A stretch of DNA of 43,840 bases from Promethearchaeota archaeon (lineage in GTDB: Archaea > Asgardarchaeota > Lokiarchaeia > Sigyniarchaeales > SOKP01), in assembly GCA_008080735.1 (NCBI GenBank), contig SHMW01000028.1, forward strand, positions 1 to 43,840, in the 5' to 3' direction. Below are positions 39,863-43,840 of the stretch, in pieces. The notes below the pieces were generated by a model. The model was given only the letters and a program-made list of their open reading frames with translations, was not told the origin of the DNA and ran no database searches. The position numbers and the translations under genes were made by a program. Position 1 is the first letter of the stretch; each line of letters opens with the position of its first letter.

Positions 39863-42466
39863 TTACTGGTTGGAAATAATCTCAGAGATCAATTTAGGAA
39901 AATCCCTCCATTGATCCAAGGTTAATAGGCTGCCCTCTGCCATTTTTACCATCCTATTTGCTAAAACGGGTGAAAAATTAAATTTAGGAACAACCATTAC
40001 AAACCTTACATTATTATCTTTCATTTTACGCAATTCTTGTTTACTATCATCGAAATCGAAAACGTCGGCATCAGTAAATAAAATATTTAATCGATATTTT
40101 GAACGAGTTTTTTTTTCAAACTGATCATTAGCCCAATCTAAAGCTGCTCGTATGCAAGTTCCTCCGTAGGCGTTTATATCTAACAATTCTTCAACCAATT
40201 GGTCTAAATCTATATCTTCATCAATGTCTTTTAGTTTATGAGTATTAGACTCAAAAAATGAAAGTGCGAGTTCTTCAGGATTAAAAGCATATACCAACAT
40301 TGTAGCACATAAAGCCATCTGTGCAAGTTTCTCTCCACTCATACTTCCACTGATATCTAATTCTAAAACCAGACATCTAAGCCCTTGACTTGTTTTATGA
40401 ACCAAAAAGTCATCATCAGTAATCATATTGATTGTTTTTCCAGATTCAATAATATTATTAATAGTATCTTCTAAATCTATAAGTTCAAAACTATCACCAA
40501 TATTATATGGGACGACTGTATTTTCAACTAAGGGACCCGAATTCGAGGTTCCTATGAGATTGTTTGCTGCCTTTATGCCAAGATCAATCATTATATTTTT
40601 TATTATTTGTTTTACCTTTTCTTTCACTATCGGAGAGATATTATGTTTAGAAAAAAACCATTGCTCCAATAAATCCAACCCACTCCCCGCACCTAATGAT
40701 GAGATAGCAAGGTCTATAAATTCATTTCCAAGGTTGTTTGCGTGTTGAAGAACATCAGCCAGATTAGTCTCACCCATCGCAGAGATGATTGAAAGATTAG
40801 GAGGATCCATATCAAAAGCGATATCAACTAACTCTCCCACTTGATTCCGATTTAATTTAAGGTTTTTAAGAAATTTTTTGTAGTCTTGATATTGGGATTG
40901 ATTCTCAGACACAATTTTTCTCAGATTATCATAAGTAGGGTTTATTAATTTGAGAATTTCTGATTCTGACATTCCTAATTCTTTTCCAATCTTTTTTATC
41001 GTATTCGTATCAAGATGATAACCCATATCAGAAAACTCCTCTATAACATTCTTAAAATCTTCTTGGTTTGAAACATAAGGTAGGGTTTTGTCTAAAATCT
41101 CATTGATTTTATCCTTAAGTTGAGTTTTACAAATCGGATCTGAACAATATGATCTTTGATTTATAACTTTATCCAGATAATTCTTAATATAATTATATTG
41201 ATTCTCGGATTTCTCATTTTCCCGTATGATAGTATCTAATTCTTCATCAATTGTATTGCTCAACAATTCTCTCCAATTATTAGATTTTGTAGGATTATTA
41301 ATAAGAGCATCTCGGATCTCTTCTAATTCTGGAGTATCATCTAATTGATTAGATATTTCCTCCATATAGGTATCTAACAAGTGTCCCCCAAAGTATCTAT
41401 CAATATTTTTAATAGTCTTATAAGTTTCCTCAAAATCTTTGTCAAGACTATTTTCTATTAAATTTTCAAGAATTTCTTCTGATAAATCTAAATTCTCACC
41501 CAGTGTTTTTGCGGCCTCAAAAAAGTCATTAATGTCTCTATTCATCCCTGAAAGAAATTCTTCAAATAAATTTCGTACTAATTTTGTGCCCGAATCATCT
41601 AAAACTTCAGATTTGATTAAGAAATCCATTGTTTTGAGAGCATTATAAAAGTTATCGCAAAACTGATCCCTCATAGTTTTTTCGAAGTTTGTTTTTTTTT
41701 TTTCTTGTGCTAGCTCAGCGCCCATTCGTTCATGAATCTTTTCCGTCTTTTGCTTTAGTTCATCAAGAAGATCTAAAATTTTAAAATTAAGAATATCTTC
41801 CGGTTCCAAATTATTAATTTTTTTTCTTAAGATATTTTGAGCATATTCAATCAAATCATTAAGTGTTTGGATATTATTGAAATTGGCAATCATATTGTCC
41901 TCTATTACTTTTAATGCTGTTTTAAAAGGATCATCTTTTAAATCTTCCTTGAATTTATGAAAAAACTCATCATAAGCATTATGGTATGCTTGATCCCAAT
42001 CAAAATCGTCCAATTCTTTCAGATTCCGTTCAAGAAAATTTAGATCATCAAAAATCTCATCCAACTCATCAAAGGTAGATTTAAATTCATTTACTAAATC
42101 CGAAGCATTCACAGTTTCCAGCATATCCAGATTGCTCAACTCATCTATCGATAGAGCCTTTTTATGTGGATTTGAATATGATAATATCTCATTGGCGATC
42201 TTTCTTGCAAGTTCTTGATTTTCCAAAGGACTCGTAACTACAGCAATTTCTACAAAATCTTTTAAATCACAATACCCCCGATTAATAAATCTTGCAATAA
42301 TTAATCTACAAATCGCAAGAGCTTGTCTAATCGACGGTTTATAAGGACATTTTTCGTGATTCCGCAGAATATGGATAAATTTTAATGAAAACCATATTGG
42401 ATCTTGAGGAAATAATATCATATGAATTTTTACCTCTATAATAGCGCAGTTTTTAAGCCGTTCCAA
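39863..42466 (-). CDS. VWA-domain (CoxE-like) protein; true start possibly ATG ~42421
   Basis: MIDAS LDISGSMSG...GGT...LFTD; IDLEDTI pre-VWA motif; long acidic helical N-region. Confidence 0.9.
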   Translation of the reverse strand: MERLKNCAIIEVKIHMILFPQDPIWFSLKFIHILRNHEKCPYKPSIRQALAICRLIIARFINRGYCDLKDFVEIAVVTSPLENQELARKIANEILSYSNPHKKALSIDELSNLDMLETVNASDLVNEFKSTFDELDEIFDDLNFLERNLKELDDFDWDQAYHNAYDEFFHKFKEDLKDDPFKTALKVIEDNMIANFNNIQTLNDLIEYAQNILRKKINNLEPEDILNFKILDLLDELKQKTEKIHERMGAELAQEKKKTNFEKTMRDQFCDNFYNALKTMDFLIKSEVLDDSGTKLVRNLFEEFLSGMNRDINDFFEAAKTLGENLDLSEEILENLIENSLDKDFEETYKTIKNIDRYFGGHLLDTYMEEISNQLDDTPELEEIRDALINNPTKSNNWRELLSNTIDEELDTIIRENEKSENQYNYIKNYLDKVINQRSYCSDPICKTQLKDKINEILDKTLPYVSNQEDFKNVIEEFSDMGYHLDTNTIKKIGKELGMSESEILKLINPTYDNLRKIVSENQSQYQDYKKFLKNLKLNRNQVGELVDIAFDMDPPNLSIISAMGETNLADVLQHANNLGNEFIDLAISSLGAGSGLDLLEQWFFSKHNISPIVKEKVKQIIKNIMIDLGIKAANNLIGTSNSGPLVENTVVPYNIGDSFELIDLEDTINNIIESGKTINMITDDDFLVHKTSQGLRCLVLELDISGSMSGEKLAQMALCATMLVYAFNPEELALSFFESNTHKLKDIDEDIDLDQLVEELLDINAYGGTCIRAALDWANDQFEKKTRSKYRLNILFTDADVFDFDDSKQELRKMKDNNVRFVMVVPKFNFSPVLANRMVKMAEGSLLTLDQWRDFPKLISEIISNQ

Positions 42467-43682
42467 TTATTTGTGAAATAATATTGGTGGCAATATCATT
42501 AACTTTCACTCCTGGTTTTGGATTAATTGCACCAATTAAAACATTTTTGGCAACTTTTCTTAATATTTGATTTGGGTTTTGATGTGGATATTTCAACTTT
42601 AACAAACCCGATAGTCTTGCCATTGCAATACCACTTCTCAAACTTGCTGGAATTTGAATTTGATGATGATTTCTGGTACGGCTGATTATCAAATATATTT
42701 TTTCAAGGATACTTTCATCTATTTTATAATGGGGATTATTTTTTTCAATAATTTTCATTTCAGTTTGCTTTTCGGGATAATCAAGCTCTATCCAGACGTT
42801 AAACCTATCCTTTAGCGCCTCTCCTAGGCGGTGCGTTCCAACGAGCTCAGAAGGGTTCATAGAGCCGATAAAGAAGAACCCGCTTGATGCTTTAATACGT
42901 CCAAGATGAGGGACTGCGAAGGTTCTTTCTTCAAGCGGTTCAAGCAACGAATTCTGGGTATATTCCGTCGCCCTATTAATCTCGTTAGCTAAAAATACTC
43001 CACCTTTAAGCATTGTTTTTAATAATGGTCCTGGGTTAAAAGAGTCAAAATTAAATCCCTTTTGAATGGTAATTGAGGGATTAAAGGATCCAATCAAATG
43101 AGCGGGTTTAGTAGATTCATCAAATGTGATCCATTCAAAGGATTGATTGCCGGTGAGTTCAGATCTCATTTGCGCATAATATCTGCATAGAGTAGTTTTT
43201 CCTATTCCAGGAGGACCCACGAGAATTGGATGAAGCTCTGAAGCATCAGCCTCTAAAAGAAGATCTAAAGCTTCTTTATACTGCCCTGATAATACTATTT
43301 CAATCTTCTTTTCCTTTTCTGAAACTTTATTTTTTTCAAATAACGTTTTCAAATCAGCTTCATTCTGTTTTTGTGCTTCCCTCATCAACTTCTTAAATAG
43401 AGTTGTCTCTTTTAATATATCCAAAAAATCCTCATTATCGACAGTCTTATCCTTCCTTTTTTTTACATTATTGACTTTTTTTTCTTTTGAGATCTCTTTT
43501 TTATCTAAAAGATTATTTTTTTCCAAAATTATGTATAATTCCTCTTCAGTGAGAGTTTGTATAATTAATTCAATAATCGCTTTCTTTCTCAGACCATTAT
43601 ACTCCTCAATCTTATAACTCTTGCATATCTTTATTAGATTTTTTACGGTTAATTTCCCTAACAAAACATTTGGATTTTGCAA
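42453..43682 (-). CDS. MoxR-family AAA+ ATPase with N-terminal Rho-N/HeH-like module
   Basis: GPPGIGKT, GPL, FLANEINRA...QNSLL, SMNP, ALKDRF; N-terminal LTVKNLIKICKSYKI..YNGLRKKAIIELI. Confidence 0.92.
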   Translation of the reverse strand: MQNPNVLLGKLTVKNLIKICKSYKIEEYNGLRKKAIIELIIQTLTEEELYIILEKNNLLDKKEISKEKKVNNVKKRKDKTVDNEDFLDILKETTLFKKLMREAQKQNEADLKTLFEKNKVSEKEKKIEIVLSGQYKEALDLLLEADASELHPILVGPPGIGKTTLCRYYAQMRSELTGNQSFEWITFDESTKPAHLIGSFNPSITIQKGFNFDSFNPGPLLKTMLKGGVFLANEINRATEYTQNSLLEPLEERTFAVPHLGRIKASSGFFFIGSMNPSELVGTHRLGEALKDRFNVWIELDYPEKQTEMKIIEKNNPHYKIDESILEKIYLIISRTRNHHQIQIPASLRSGIAMARLSGLLKLKYPHQNPNQILRKVAKNVLIGAINPKPGVKVNDIATNIISQIIGTA

Positions 43683-43840
43683 TTCTTTAACACCCTGTAG
43701 ATCTTAAAATCTTATTTTATGGTTATAATAGTTTTATTTAAACTCTGAAGATTTATTAAGATAGTTTTTTCTATGTGTTTTTAATGAAAGGAGAGTGATG
43801 ATTTTTTTAGATTAGGATATTAAAGAGGGAATTTTTTATT

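Noticed and set aside
1427-41648. Numerous 60-180 aa ORFs overlapping larger genes (e.g. 2737-3270, 6523-7026, 9028-9988, 20436-20777, 26127-27240, 33126-33911, 40428-40748)
   Set aside because: Antisense or alternate-frame shadows of well-supported genes with no motifs of their own

Overview
AT-rich archaeal chromosomal window, most likely an Asgard archaeon (Lokiarchaeia-like). The assignment is inferred from a Loki-CTERM-type sorting tail, three membrane proteins with cytoplasmic longin-like domains, AOR plus ferredoxin, corrinoid/URO-D-family proteins and tandem sulfatases. I saw no rRNA, tRNA, CRISPR array, integrase or transposase. The most notable structure is missed by the ORF track: three homologous 45-55 aa microprotein genes (23012-23179, 23363-23518, 32256-32393), two of them with a Cx3Cx4Cx3C motif. 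The 3' end of the third gene is duplicated as a 59-bp perfect (~110-bp imperfect) direct repeat that brackets an 8.5-kb sugar-transport/oxidoreductase/methyl-corrinoid cassette, resembling integration into a microprotein array. Other highlights are two tandem 754-aa single-pass ectodomain-TM-longin receptor-like proteins, an MFS-longin fusion, an RHH regulator apparently starting at ACG, an AOR lacking canonical ligands, and a 25-bp duplication that frameshifts a small membrane ORF. There is also a MoxR-VWA-SWIM triad whose VWA protein begins with an AAA-lid-like segment. All family calls come from motif recognition by eye; no database searches were run.
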